Origin: Candidatus Zixiibacteriota bacterium
GTDB taxonomy: Bacteria; SM23-81
Length of the DNA: 33,141 bases
NCBI GenBank assembly: GCA_030628225.1
Contig: DAOVRJ010000002.1
Span: 1 to 33,141, forward strand
Reading direction: 5' to 3'
Below, one piece after another: positions 1 through 8,872 of this stretch. The notes under the pieces were generated by a model, which did not search any database, was not told the origin of the DNA, and saw only the letters and a list, made by a program, of their open reading frames with translations. The position numbers and the translations under genes were made by a program. Position 1 is the stretch's first letter, and each line of letters opens with the position of its first letter.

Positions 1-318
1 ACTGATTTTGTGACCGAGCTGGATGCGGATCTGACCCTCCATCCCAAGCTTATCCTTGTGGCCCCGGATTTCTCCACCACCCTCCAGGAGGCTGTTGAGG
101 GCTCGCCTGGAATGAGCATCGATTTGTTCCGATTTCGTTTACTGGAGGTCAAGGGAGAGAAGGGTCTCCTTTTGGAGCCAGCCCTCACCTCCTCGACTAA
201 AGAAGGTATAGAGACCGGGCCGGATAACTCCCTTCCTTCTCCCGGTGAGGATATTGTTCCGCTGGCCGAGGAGGAGATCGCCACCTTTATGAGCATGGAC
301 CATCGCTTCAGCCTCTGA
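1..318 (+). CDS. hypothetical protein, C-terminal fragment (5' end off the window)
   Basis: Frame 1 is open from base 1 (ACT GAT TTT GTG ...) to TGA at 316-318, so the ORF-track GTG at 10 is probably internal. I recognise no family in the visible residues. A good intrinsic terminator follows. Confidence 0.4.
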   Translation, partial: TDFVTELDADLTLHPKLILVAPDFSTTLQEAVEGSPGMSIDLFRFRLLEVKGEKGLLLEPALTSSTKEGIETGPDNSLPSPGEDIVPLAEEEIATFMSMDHRFSL

Positions 319-358
319 CGAACAACGGAGAAAACGCGCTCGGCAACGGAGATGATGA

Positions 359-386
359 GGGCTGATGACCGCCATCAGCCCTTTTG
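359..386 (+). terminator. rho-independent terminator after the truncated ORF
   Basis: A perfect 9-bp stem GGGCTGATG (359-367) / CATCAGCCC (373-381) has a 5-nt loop ACCGC and is followed by TTTT (382-385). Confidence 0.6.
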
Positions 387-413
387 TGCCTTTAACGAAT
401 TTCCCTGTATGAT
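384..413 (+). promoter_or_regulatory. possible sigma-70 promoter for the GH57 gene
   Basis: TTGTGC (384-389), an 18-nt spacer, then TATGAT (408-413), about 30 nt upstream of ATG 444. The -35 is weak, so this is much less convincing than the other promoters listed. Confidence 0.25.
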
Positions 414-443
414 CCTTCACCTCGATATTGAAGGAGCCCCGCC

Positions 444-2189
444 ATGAGCTCAGAGACCATCGGTAGTTTCACCTTTGTGCTCCACGCCCATCTGCCCTAC
501 GTCCTGGCCCATGGCCGTTGGCCTCATGGTATGGACTGGCTTACCGAGGCTGCAGCCGAGACTTACATCCCTCTGCTGGATGCTCTTAACGAGTTGATTG
601 AAGCCGGCCACTCTCCCCGGATAACCCTGGGCCTGACACCGGTGTTGTGCGAGCAGCTGGCTGACGAGGATTTTAAGGCGGAGTTCGGGGACTACCTGAC
701 CCAAAAGATCGCCGCCGCCGAGGAGGACTACAAGACCTTTGACCAGTGGAATCGAGAGCATCTTTCCAGACTGGCCTTGTGGTGGCGAGACCATTATCGG
801 CATATCAAGGAGAGGTTCGAAAACCGCTATGACCGAGAGATCATCGGGGCCTTCAGGCGGCTGCAGGACGAAGGGTATCTGGAGATCATCACCTGTGCGG
901 CCACCCACGGATACCTGCCCCTTCTAGGACTGGACGATAACGTTCGCGCCCAGGTGCGGGTGGGCACACAGAGTTATCGTCACCATTTCGGACGTCAGCC
1001 CCGAGGCATCTGGCTCCCGGAATGCGCCTATCGCCCTGCCTACGCCTGGTCCCCCCCGGTGGAAACTCCAGCCCTGCCCAAACGCGCTCAGAGATTGGGC
1101 GTGGAGCAAATCCTGGCAGAGAATGATCTGGAGTACTTCCTCATCGACTCAGCCCTGCTCAAGGGAGGGAAAACCGTCGGCGTGTACATCGAACGCTTCG
1201 AGGCCCTGCGCCGCCTGTGGAGACAATTCGAAAGCCAGTATCAAGAACGGCCCGAGGATAAGCAGAAAACCCCCCGGCAGGCCTACCTGGTGGGCAACCC
1301 TATGGAGGGGAAAAAGCCGGTGGCTGCCTTCGTCCGGGACCCGCATACCGGTGTACAGGTGTGGAGCGGTGAGCATGGATATCCCGGGGATGGCTGGTAC
1401 CTGGATTTTCATAAAAAGCACTTCCCCGGGGGACATCGCTACTGGCGGGTAACCAGTTCTAAGAGCGATCTGGCTGAGAAACAAGAGTATGAGCCGGATA
1501 GGGCTGCCGAACGCATCCCCGAAAATGCCAAGCACTTCGTGGGTTTGGTCAAGAAGATCCTTAAGGAGTACTACGATCAGACGGGCAAAAAGGGGATTCT
1601 CTGCGCCCCTTTTGACGCAGAGCTGTTCGGACACTGGTGGTTCGAGGGACCCCAGTGGCTCAGCCAGGTCCTGACTAGCATGGCTCAGGATCCGGAGCTG
1701 GAGCTGACCACCTGTGGCCGTTTTTTGGACAAAGCGCAGCCAACAGAGATGATCTCCCTGCCGGAGGGCTCATGGGGTCAGGGGGGATATCACTACATAT
1801 GGCTCAACGAGTGGACGGAGTGGACCTGGCGGCACATTTACGATGACGAGGCCAGGTTAGCGGCACTACTGGGGGAATTCGCCAGTAAACCGGACCAAAA
1901 GCTCACGGACATCCTCACTCAGGCGGCTCGAGAGCTCCTTCTGCTGGAAGCCTCCGACTGGCAGTTTCTGATCAGCACCTGGTCGGCCAGAGACTATGCT
2001 GAACTTCGTCTGGTCGAACACCACCAGTCCTTTGAGCGACTGGCCGCCATGGCGGAAAAATATGGCCGCGGAGAATGGATAGACCCAGGAGAATGGAATT
2101 TCCTGGGGGAATGCCGCCAGAGGGATAAGCTCTTTCCTTTTCTGAAATTAGAGTGGTTTACTGCTTCACATCCGGCCACATCCGGCTGA
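444..2189 (+). CDS. glycoside hydrolase family 57 1,4-alpha-glucan branching enzyme (GH57 + DUF1957 C-terminal domain)
   Basis: The N-terminus FTFVLHAHLPYV...GRWPHG..WL.EA..ETYIPLL and the C-terminal LLLEASDWQFLISTWSARDYAELR are characteristic of GH57 branching enzymes. GGAG lies 7 nt before the ATG and the stop is TGA. Confidence 0.85.
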   Translation: MSSETIGSFTFVLHAHLPYVLAHGRWPHGMDWLTEAAAETYIPLLDALNELIEAGHSPRITLGLTPVLCEQLADEDFKAEFGDYLTQKIAAAEEDYKTFDQWNREHLSRLALWWRDHYRHIKERFENRYDREIIGAFRRLQDEGYLEIITCAATHGYLPLLGLDDNVRAQVRVGTQSYRHHFGRQPRGIWLPECAYRPAYAWSPPVETPALPKRAQRLGVEQILAENDLEYFLIDSALLKGGKTVGVYIERFEALRRLWRQFESQYQERPEDKQKTPRQAYLVGNPMEGKKPVAAFVRDPHTGVQVWSGEHGYPGDGWYLDFHKKHFPGGHRYWRVTSSKSDLAEKQEYEPDRAAERIPENAKHFVGLVKKILKEYYDQTGKKGILCAPFDAELFGHWWFEGPQWLSQVLTSMAQDPELELTTCGRFLDKAQPTEMISLPEGSWGQGGYHYIWLNEWTEWTWRHIYDDEARLAALLGEFASKPDQKLTDILTQAARELLLLEASDWQFLISTWSARDYAELRLVEHHQSFERLAAMAEKYGRGEWIDPGEWNFLGECRQRDKLFPFLKLEWFTASHPATSG

Positions 2190-2204
2190 GGAGGGGAGGA
2201 ACTA

Positions 2205-4364
2205 TCAGACCTCTCCCCGGGCGAGACGGCTGACCCGCTCTACACCCTGCACCCGCCGGATTTTCTCTATGGTCTTCTGCAGGTGCTGCAGATCCCGCAC
2301 CTTGACGAGGAACTTCCCAAAAAAAGCCTCTCCCTCCACCTGCACCGAAGCATTCCGGACATCAGCGCCCATGTCCGAGACTACCCTGGTTATGTCGCTG
2401 AGTAAGTCCACTCTTCTCTCCCCGACGACCTCGATGAACACCGGAAAAGATTGCCCTTTTCTCGTATCCCACTCCACCAACACCTGGCGTTCGGGATGTC
2501 TCATCAGCTTGATGCTGTTGAAACAATCGACCCTATGTATGGAGATCCCTCGCCCCCGGGTGACAAAACCAATGATCTTATCTCCGGGAATGGGCTGACA
2601 GCAGTGGGCAAAACGCACCATCAAATTATCCAACCCCTGAATTTTCACTCCTCTTAAAGATCTCTCACCCCGGCGGATCGATCGGCGGGAAAAAGAAGGC
2701 CGTTCGGTCTTCTTTTTCTGGACGATGGGGCTCATTTTCCCCAGAACCTGCTTGATCGATATATCGCCCTGCCCCAGGGCAGCGAAAAAATGATCCACAT
2801 CCGGAACCCCATACTTCCTGGCGATCTCCAACATTCTCTGGTCAGATTCCCGCTTCAGCCTGGCTTTTTTGGTCTCCCGATCAAAGATCTCTTTGCCCAA
2901 TATCAGGCTTTGCTGATAGCTCTTCTGCTTCAGCCAATGCCTGATCTTGCTCTTGGCCCGGGAGGTTTGAACAAGAGCGGTCCAATCCCGGCTGGGGTGT
3001 TGGGTGGGTGAGGTGATGATCTTGATGGTATCCCCGCTGTGCAGCTCAGAGGCCAGGGGAACCATCCGGTCATTTACCTTGACTCCCAGACAGTGAATGC
3101 CCACATCGGTATGCACCGCGAAGGCAAAATCCAGGGGAGTTGCCCCGCGAGGCAATTGCTTCAGATCCCCTTTGGGTGTGAAGACGAAGATCTCCTCACC
3201 GTAGAGATCAATCTTCAGGTACTCCATGAACTCCTCCGGATCGGTCAGGTCTCGCTGCCAGTCCAGAACCTGCCGAAGCCAGCCCATGTACTCATCCAAC
3301 TCGTCTCTGCTGTGACGGCCTTCCTTATACAGCCAGTGGGCGGCGATACCCATCTCCGCCGTCCGATGCATGGCCTCGGTCCGGATCTGGATCTCTATGG
3401 GCTCTCCCTTCGGCCCCATCACCGTGGTGTGCAGTGCCTGGTACATATTGCTCTTGGGCACGGCGATAAAATCCTTGAACCGATCGGGGATGGGCCTCCA
3501 GAGGTTGTGGATGATACCCAGAATGTGGTAGCAGTCCCGATCGGTCTGGGTGACTACCCGCATGGCGATGAGATCATAGATCTCCTCCAAAACCTTCTGG
3601 TGCTCCTTCATTTTGCGATAAGTGCTGGCCAGGTGTTTAGCCCGACCGGTGATCCGAGCTTTGATGCCCGCATTCCGGATGGCTCTGGCCAACGGTTTCT
3701 TCATCATCTCAACATATTTTTCCCTGGCCTCGGTGCTGAGAGCAATCTGATCGGCCAGCTTGCGGTAGGCTTGGGGCTCCAGGAACTTGAGGCTTAGATC
3801 CTCTGTCTCCCGCTTAATCCGGTCCATTCCCAGTCGGTGGGCCAGAGGAGCATATACGCTGCGAGTCTCCTGAGCGATGCGCCGGATGCTATCTGGGGAC
3901 AAATATTGCAGGGTGCGCATATTATGGAGGCGATCGGCGAACTTTATCAGGATCACCCGGATGTCCTTGGCCATGGAAAGGATCATCTTCCGGTAGTTCT
4001 CTGCCTGACGTTCCTCCTGGCTCCGAAAAGCCAAACCGCTGATCTTGGTGACGCCGTCCACCAAACCGCTGATCTCCTCGCCAAATTCTCTACGGATGTC
4101 TGCCAACTTCAGACCGGTGTCCTCCACGGCGTCATGCAGCAGACCAGCGGCCACGGTGGTGGAGTCCAGTCCCTGCTCCGCCAAGATGAGGGCAACCTCT
4201 AGGCAGTGCACAAAATAGGGATCTCCCGACTTGCGGAACTGCCCCTGGTGAGCCTGTTGGCTAAAGACGAACGCTTTCCTGATCAGGGAGATGTCCGCCT
4301 GCGGATTGTGCTTTTTGACCTTGCGCATGAAACCAGATAGATCCATTCTCATAACACCTTTCAT
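2205..4364 (-). CDS. rel: bifunctional (p)ppGpp synthetase/hydrolase, RelA/SpoT family (HD, synthetase, TGS, ACT domains)
   Basis: It has the HD hydrolase motif (HDAVEDT), a RelA_SpoT synthetase core (YQALHTTV...IEIQIRT..MH), a TGS region (IFVFTPKGDLKQLPRGATPLDFAFAVH) and a C-terminal ACT-like region. The start is uncertain: ATG 4364 has no SD, while ATG 4346 (MDLSGFM...) has AAGGTG 8 nt upstream. Confidence 0.93.
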   Translation of the reverse strand: MKGVMRMDLSGFMRKVKKHNPQADISLIRKAFVFSQQAHQGQFRKSGDPYFVHCLEVALILAEQGLDSTTVAAGLLHDAVEDTGLKLADIRREFGEEISGLVDGVTKISGLAFRSQEERQAENYRKMILSMAKDIRVILIKFADRLHNMRTLQYLSPDSIRRIAQETRSVYAPLAHRLGMDRIKRETEDLSLKFLEPQAYRKLADQIALSTEAREKYVEMMKKPLARAIRNAGIKARITGRAKHLASTYRKMKEHQKVLEEIYDLIAMRVVTQTDRDCYHILGIIHNLWRPIPDRFKDFIAVPKSNMYQALHTTVMGPKGEPIEIQIRTEAMHRTAEMGIAAHWLYKEGRHSRDELDEYMGWLRQVLDWQRDLTDPEEFMEYLKIDLYGEEIFVFTPKGDLKQLPRGATPLDFAFAVHTDVGIHCLGVKVNDRMVPLASELHSGDTIKIITSPTQHPSRDWTALVQTSRAKSKIRHWLKQKSYQQSLILGKEIFDRETKKARLKRESDQRMLEIARKYGVPDVDHFFAALGQGDISIKQVLGKMSPIVQKKKTERPSFSRRSIRRGERSLRGVKIQGLDNLMVRFAHCCQPIPGDKIIGFVTRGRGISIHRVDCFNSIKLMRHPERQVLVEWDTRKGQSFPVFIEVVGERRVDLLSDITRVVSDMGADVRNASVQVEGEAFFGKFLVKVRDLQHLQKTIEKIRRVQGVERVSRLARGEV

Positions 4365-4400
4365 TCAGGAGACCGCCCAGCGCTCATCTCCAGGAGCTGC

Positions 4401-5618
4401 CTAGCGATCGCCCTTCTTCTCCTCCAGTCTGCAGGCGGCCATGGTCAATCCCATGAGATACCAGAGGATCATTCCATTTTCGGCATCGGTATAATAGCAC
4501 TGAAACAGACCAGCCACCAAAAAGGCGATCAGCAACCCGAATCCGGCCGTTCCCAGGGCCGGCGAGAGCTTCCCTCCCCGCCGGCCTGACCGACAGCGGA
4601 CGGTCATCCTCAAAAAGGCCACCCACATCCACATAAAGGCCGCCAGCCCCAGGAAACCGGCATTGGCCATCACGTTGAGCAGATCGTTGTGCGGGTGGGC
4701 ATAGCCCAGATCGCACCCATAGGCCACCAGCGATTGTCTTACCTGTCCGAGCCCCACCCCCAGCAACGGGTGGTCCCGGATCATCCTCAGGGAGGCAAGC
4801 CACATCTGGATCCGGGAAGATTTGGCCACGGGGTCCTGGAGCAGGTTCACCGCATCCTGGACCTGAAGACGTACAGATGGCTGAAGCAGGAACACAAACC
4901 CTGCCAAAACAACGGTTCCGGCCAGCAACAAAACAAGAACTTTCCGTCCGCGGAGCAGACCGATAGCCAATATGCCACCCAATAAACCCACCCAGGCACT
5001 GCGGGCATAGCTGCAGATAAGCGCCAAACTAAGCACCAGGCTGGCCAGCCCCAAGGCAACCTTCCTGCGCCCCCTTGTCCCCCATAAGAACAGGCATCCG
5101 CTCACCAGCAGAACAACCATCACGTACCCGCCGTAGGTCAGGTGATGGCCGAACAGGCCGGTGGCCTCAAACACGTTGCCAGTTGGCCGCAACGGACGGT
5201 GACGATACAGGTCCCAGCCGGCAAAATGCTGCCAGATGGCGTACAGGCTGACCAGGGCCGTGACGGCGATCAACACATCTAAAGCCCTCCAGACCAGCTC
5301 ACGGCGACGAACATTGTTGGCCACCAGAAAGAAGATCAGCACGATCCACTCGTGCTTTAGAGACCTCAAACCCGTCTGCCAATGCGGGCTCACCATGGCG
5401 GAAAGCAGTTCAATCCCCAGAAATGCCAGGATGGGCAGATCCAGCGGGGTTCGCGCCAGCCCCCGGCCCCGGGAAATGATCAGCTTGATCGCCCAGGATA
5501 TTAACCCAAGCCCCAGGCAAAGCTGCGCACCAGCAATGGACCAGGGAGAAAAGAAGGCGAAGCCCAGAATGGCCACTTCCACGACCCTCTGGCTCCATCT
5601 GGCCCCGGGAGACTCCAT
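4401..5618 (-). CDS. O-antigen ligase / O-antigen polymerase family membrane protein (Wzy_C domain)
   Basis: This is a polytopic membrane protein with a Wzy_C-like block (SYARSAWVGLLGG...). The ORF-track start at 5759 overlaps the upstream gene. ATG 5618 has AGGAGG 7 nt upstream and leaves a 37-nt gap to that gene. The stop is TAG. Confidence 0.75.
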   Translation of the reverse strand: MESPGARWSQRVVEVAILGFAFFSPWSIAGAQLCLGLGLISWAIKLIISRGRGLARTPLDLPILAFLGIELLSAMVSPHWQTGLRSLKHEWIVLIFFLVANNVRRRELVWRALDVLIAVTALVSLYAIWQHFAGWDLYRHRPLRPTGNVFEATGLFGHHLTYGGYVMVVLLVSGCLFLWGTRGRRKVALGLASLVLSLALICSYARSAWVGLLGGILAIGLLRGRKVLVLLLAGTVVLAGFVFLLQPSVRLQVQDAVNLLQDPVAKSSRIQMWLASLRMIRDHPLLGVGLGQVRQSLVAYGCDLGYAHPHNDLLNVMANAGFLGLAAFMWMWVAFLRMTVRCRSGRRGGKLSPALGTAGFGLLIAFLVAGLFQCYYTDAENGMILWYLMGLTMAACRLEEKKGDR

Positions 5619-5655
5619 CAGCATCCCTCCTGGAATGAGCGTCGCTTGACCCTTT

Positions 5656-6777
5656 TCAAAGCCTATCCTCCAATAATTGCCGGTACAGGGCTTCGGTCTG
5701 TCCAGCCTGATGGTCCAGGGTGAACAGCTCCTGAACACGCCTTCGGCCCGCCTGGCCAAAAACCCTGGCCTTTTGTGGATTCTGCAGCAGAGAGATGATG
5801 GCCTGGCTCATGGCCCGGGGGTCTTGGTCAGGAACCAGCAGGCCGGTGGATCCGTGAACCACCACTTCGGGGATGGCGTTGATCCGGGTGCCCACTACCG
5901 GCCTGGCCATAGCCATATGCTCCAGGGCCACGCGGCAGATGATCTCTGAGCCCGTTGAGGCGACAACCGCCACGTCGAAGGCACCGATTACCCGGGTCAC
6001 ATCCGGCACAAAACCCGTGAACCGGACCCTGTGCGTCAATCCTAATTTCTCGGCCAGCTCCTTCAGGTCCGCCGTCTTGATCTGGGCCTCGTGGCCCACG
6101 ATGAAGAATGTGGTCTGGGGGCAGGATTTCAGTACCAGACGAGCAGCCTCTAAAAAGACCTTGTGGCCCTTAACCGGAGAGAAACGGCCCACGATGCCCA
6201 CCACCGCCCCCTCCTCCGGCCAGCCCAAAGCTCTGCGCCTCTCCTCTGCGGACTGATCACTGGAGAAACAACTCAGATCAAGACCAGGGGGAATAACCCT
6301 CAGATTCTCAGGAGACAGACCGAGCCTTTCCAACACCGGCCTTTTCATCGCCTCAGCGGGCAGAACGATGGCATCCGTCAGGCGGCGGTGCAAGATCCTG
6401 TTCAGAAAATGGCCCTTGGGCGGCCGCACATCCCCCCTGGTCCGCACCACAATCACTTTTCGGGCTAAAAGCAGGGAGGCCAGAACGGCAAACAGATGTC
6501 CCTCGGCCCGATGGGCGTTGACCACCTGGATATCCTGCTCTCGAATCAGGCTCACCAGGGCACAGAGACTGGTCAGAAACTCACCCGGACGATGGCTCTC
6601 CATCGCCATAGCCCGGAAGGGCAGACCCAGATGCTGGGCCTTGCACAGGGGCGGGCTGTCCCGTCGGCCCACCACGATAACCCTATGTCCCCGGCGGCGC
6701 AGGCCCAGAGCCAGGTTGACCCCGTATTCGGCACAGGCGTTCCACCAGCGAACGTTAACCAGTTCCAGAATACGCAG
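5656..6777 (-). CDS. glycosyltransferase family 4 (GT-B fold); probable CTG start
   Basis: The C-terminal domain carries ...EHMAMARPVVGTRINAIPEVVVHGSTGLLV. The canonical GT4 N-terminus (L)RILELVNVRWWNACAEYGVNLALGLRRRGHRVIVVG lies upstream of the first ATG/GTG/TTG, which is GTG at 6675. CTG at 6777-6775 sits 8 nt after GGAGG (6790-6786). Confidence 0.75.
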   Translation of the reverse strand: MRILELVNVRWWNACAEYGVNLALGLRRRGHRVIVVGRRDSPPLCKAQHLGLPFRAMAMESHRPGEFLTSLCALVSLIREQDIQVVNAHRAEGHLFAVLASLLLARKVIVVRTRGDVRPPKGHFLNRILHRRLTDAIVLPAEAMKRPVLERLGLSPENLRVIPPGLDLSCFSSDQSAEERRRALGWPEEGAVVGIVGRFSPVKGHKVFLEAARLVLKSCPQTTFFIVGHEAQIKTADLKELAEKLGLTHRVRFTGFVPDVTRVIGAFDVAVVASTGSEIICRVALEHMAMARPVVGTRINAIPEVVVHGSTGLLVPDQDPRAMSQAIISLLQNPQKARVFGQAGRRRVQELFTLDHQAGQTEALYRQLLEDRL

Positions 6778-6805
6778 TTTCTTTTCCTCCGCTGTAAAAA
6801 ATTTC

Positions 6806-6834
6806 TTGACCCCCGCAGCAGGAGGGCATATCTT
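6806..6834 (+). promoter_or_regulatory. sigma-70-type promoter for the inverted GT2-like gene
   Basis: TTGACC (6806-6811), exactly 17 nt of spacer, then TATCTT (6829-6834). GGAG at 6858-6861 lies 5 nt before ATG 6867. Confidence 0.45.
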
Positions 6835-6866
6835 CGTAAAACAAACTCTTAGATTCTGGAGAACAG

Positions 6867-7754
6867 ATGAAGATCAGCGGGTTCAGTTTCGTCCGGGATG
6901 CCATCCGGCTGGACTATCCCATCGTGGAGGCCATCACATCCATCTTGCCGATATGTGATGAATTCTGGGTGACCGTGGGCAAATCAGAGGACGGCACCCT
7001 GGAGGCCATCCGGGCCATCGGGGACGAGAAGATCAAGGTGATCGAGACGGTCTGGGATCCCAAATACTTCGTCCATGGAGCCATTAATGCCCAGCAGACC
7101 AACATCGCCCTTTCCCGCTGCACCGGAGACTGGTGCTTTTATGTTCAGGCCGACGAGGTGGTCCACGAAAAGGACCTGCCCATGCTCCGGGAAGCCATGG
7201 AAAAACATCTTTCCCACCCCCAAGTCGAGGGTCTGCTCTTCGACTACCTGCATTTCTGGGGCAGCTATGAGACTTATCAACGGGCCCATGGCTGGTACCG
7301 ACACGAGGTGCGGGTCATTCGCAACAGCCTGGGAAGCACCTCCTGGAAGAGCGCCCAGGGATTTCGCCGGAACGGCGAGAAACTGCGGGTCGTACACAGC
7401 GGCGCCACCATCTGGCACTACGGCTGGGTCCGGCACCCACAGTTGATGAAACGCAAGCAGGTGGCCTTGGATTCACTGCATCACGACACCCGATGGGTAG
7501 ATCAGCACCATCCCGATAGAGAAGCCCCCTTTCAGTATGGCTCCCTGAAACACCTGGCCTCTTTTACGGGCATCCATCCCCAGGTGATGAGCCGGCGTAT
7601 GGCCGGCAAAAACTGGACGGTTTCGGAGAATCCCGCGGTCAGACACCGCCACCACAACCGGGGCAATAGGATCCTCTCTTTCCTGGAGAACAAGGTTCTG
7701 CATCGGGGCATTGGCGAGTATCGAAACTACATCCTCATCAAAAATCCCCGCTAA
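6867..7754 (+). CDS. glycosyltransferase family 2-like protein (MKISGFSFVRDA... family)
   Basis: The N-terminus MKISGFSFVRDAIRLDYPIVEAITSILPICDEF.V.VGKSEDGTLE and the block WCFYVQADEVVHEKD match a widespread GT2-like family found in polysaccharide clusters. This is the only plus-strand gene inside the LPS cluster. The stop is TAA. Confidence 0.65.
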   Translation: MKISGFSFVRDAIRLDYPIVEAITSILPICDEFWVTVGKSEDGTLEAIRAIGDEKIKVIETVWDPKYFVHGAINAQQTNIALSRCTGDWCFYVQADEVVHEKDLPMLREAMEKHLSHPQVEGLLFDYLHFWGSYETYQRAHGWYRHEVRVIRNSLGSTSWKSAQGFRRNGEKLRVVHSGATIWHYGWVRHPQLMKRKQVALDSLHHDTRWVDQHHPDREAPFQYGSLKHLASFTGIHPQVMSRRMAGKNWTVSENPAVRHRHHNRGNRILSFLENKVLHRGIGEYRNYILIKNPR

Positions 7755-8853
7755 CACTCACCTCCCCCACCACCTGGCCAAACAGGGCCTCCACCTGACC
7801 CAACATTCTCTGCAGATCGAATAGCTTCTGTACTCTGCGGCGTCCCGCCTCTCCCATCTGGCGGACTCGCCGGGGATGACGCGATAGCTCCAGGATGGCC
7901 TCGCGCAGGGCGCTTACGTCCCCGGGCGGCACTAGCAAACCCGTATGACCGTCCTCTACCACCTCGGGAATACTGCTGACCTTGCTGGCCACAACGGGCT
8001 TGCCCTGGGACATAGCCTCGGCCAGCACATAGCCGAAGCCCTCGTTTTTAGATGGAAGCACCAGAAAATCCATGCTGCTCATCAGCCTCGCGATGTCGTT
8101 CCGAAACCCGACGAAGCGGACGTTCTCGGCAATGCCTAACCGACGGGCCGATTCCTCTAAGTTCCCCCGGAGCTCTCCCTCTCCTACCACCAGAAGCGCC
8201 AGGCGGGGAAACTCCACCTTTACCTCCGGCAGCGCTCGAAACAATGTCTCGTGACCCTTACGTTCCTTCAGCAAACCTATAATTGCCAGGACCGGCCAGG
8301 CACCCTTCAGACCAAATTCCCCCAGAACCTCCCCTCGCTTTCCCGCTCCCCCCTCCGGGGAAGTTGGAATTCCGTTGTAGATCAGCCGCAGTTTTCTTGA
8401 GCATATCCAGGGGTTTTTCTGAAGCAACGTGTTCCGCGTAGCCCGTGAATTTACGATTATCAGGCGCACCAGGTGACGATTGACCAGGCGAAAACGCAGC
8501 TTGTTGGGAAAGGGCATATCGCTGCCTCGCCTGCGGATCAAGGGGACTCCGGCCAGCTTGGCGGCCAGACCGGCCAGACGAACCTCCTTGTCCATGTTGG
8601 CGCAGACCATCTGGATCCGGCGGCGGCGGATCAGCCAGTAAAGACGGGCCATCACCAGAGGATCGAAATCCCCCCTGAGCCTCAACGTGAACGGGATGAT
8701 ACCACACTCCCGGGCCCGCGCTGCCAGACGGCTGGCCGGCTGGCAGACCAGGGTAACCTGATGCTCCCGGTGGATCAGTCCGCGGGCCACCGATAACATC
8801 CAAGCCTCTCCCCCTCCCCAGTATTTGACAGAGCTGATCAGCAAAATTCGCAG
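7738..8853 (-). CDS. glycosyltransferase family 4; probable CTG start (alternative ATG at 8958)
   Basis: It has the EX7E region NEGFGYVLAEAMSQGKPVVASKVSSIPEVVEDGHTGLLV and the N-terminus (L)RILLISSVKYWGGGEAWMLSVARGL. CTG 8853-8851 lies 8 nt after GGAGG (8866-8862), and that GGAGG lies 6 nt after the upstream TGA (8875-8873). ATG 8958 has no SD, would overlap the upstream gene by 86 nt, and would add 35 non-conserved residues. Confidence 0.75.
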   Translation of the reverse strand: MRILLISSVKYWGGGEAWMLSVARGLIHREHQVTLVCQPASRLAARARECGIIPFTLRLRGDFDPLVMARLYWLIRRRRIQMVCANMDKEVRLAGLAAKLAGVPLIRRRGSDMPFPNKLRFRLVNRHLVRLIIVNSRATRNTLLQKNPWICSRKLRLIYNGIPTSPEGGAGKRGEVLGEFGLKGAWPVLAIIGLLKERKGHETLFRALPEVKVEFPRLALLVVGEGELRGNLEESARRLGIAENVRFVGFRNDIARLMSSMDFLVLPSKNEGFGYVLAEAMSQGKPVVASKVSSIPEVVEDGHTGLLVPPGDVSALREAILELSRHPRRVRQMGEAGRRRVQKLFDLQRMLGQVEALFGQVVGEVSVSGDF

Positions 8854-8872
8854 CGAATCTACCTCCGCCCGC

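Noticed and set aside
2191-2220. A hairpin GGGGAGG / CCTCTCCCC lies between the convergent GH57 and rel genes and might be a bidirectional terminator.
   Set aside because: The stem is only 7 bp with a bulge. It overlaps the rel stop codon and has no T-run on either strand, which is not enough to call a terminator.
8258-8803. Alternative-frame ORFs inside the GT cluster (8258..8803, 4384..4803, 16623..17504 and others).
   Set aside because: They overlap genes with clear homology, in off-frames. Their composition is rich in P, G, R and S, typical of out-of-frame translation of GC-rich coding DNA. No SD sites are present.
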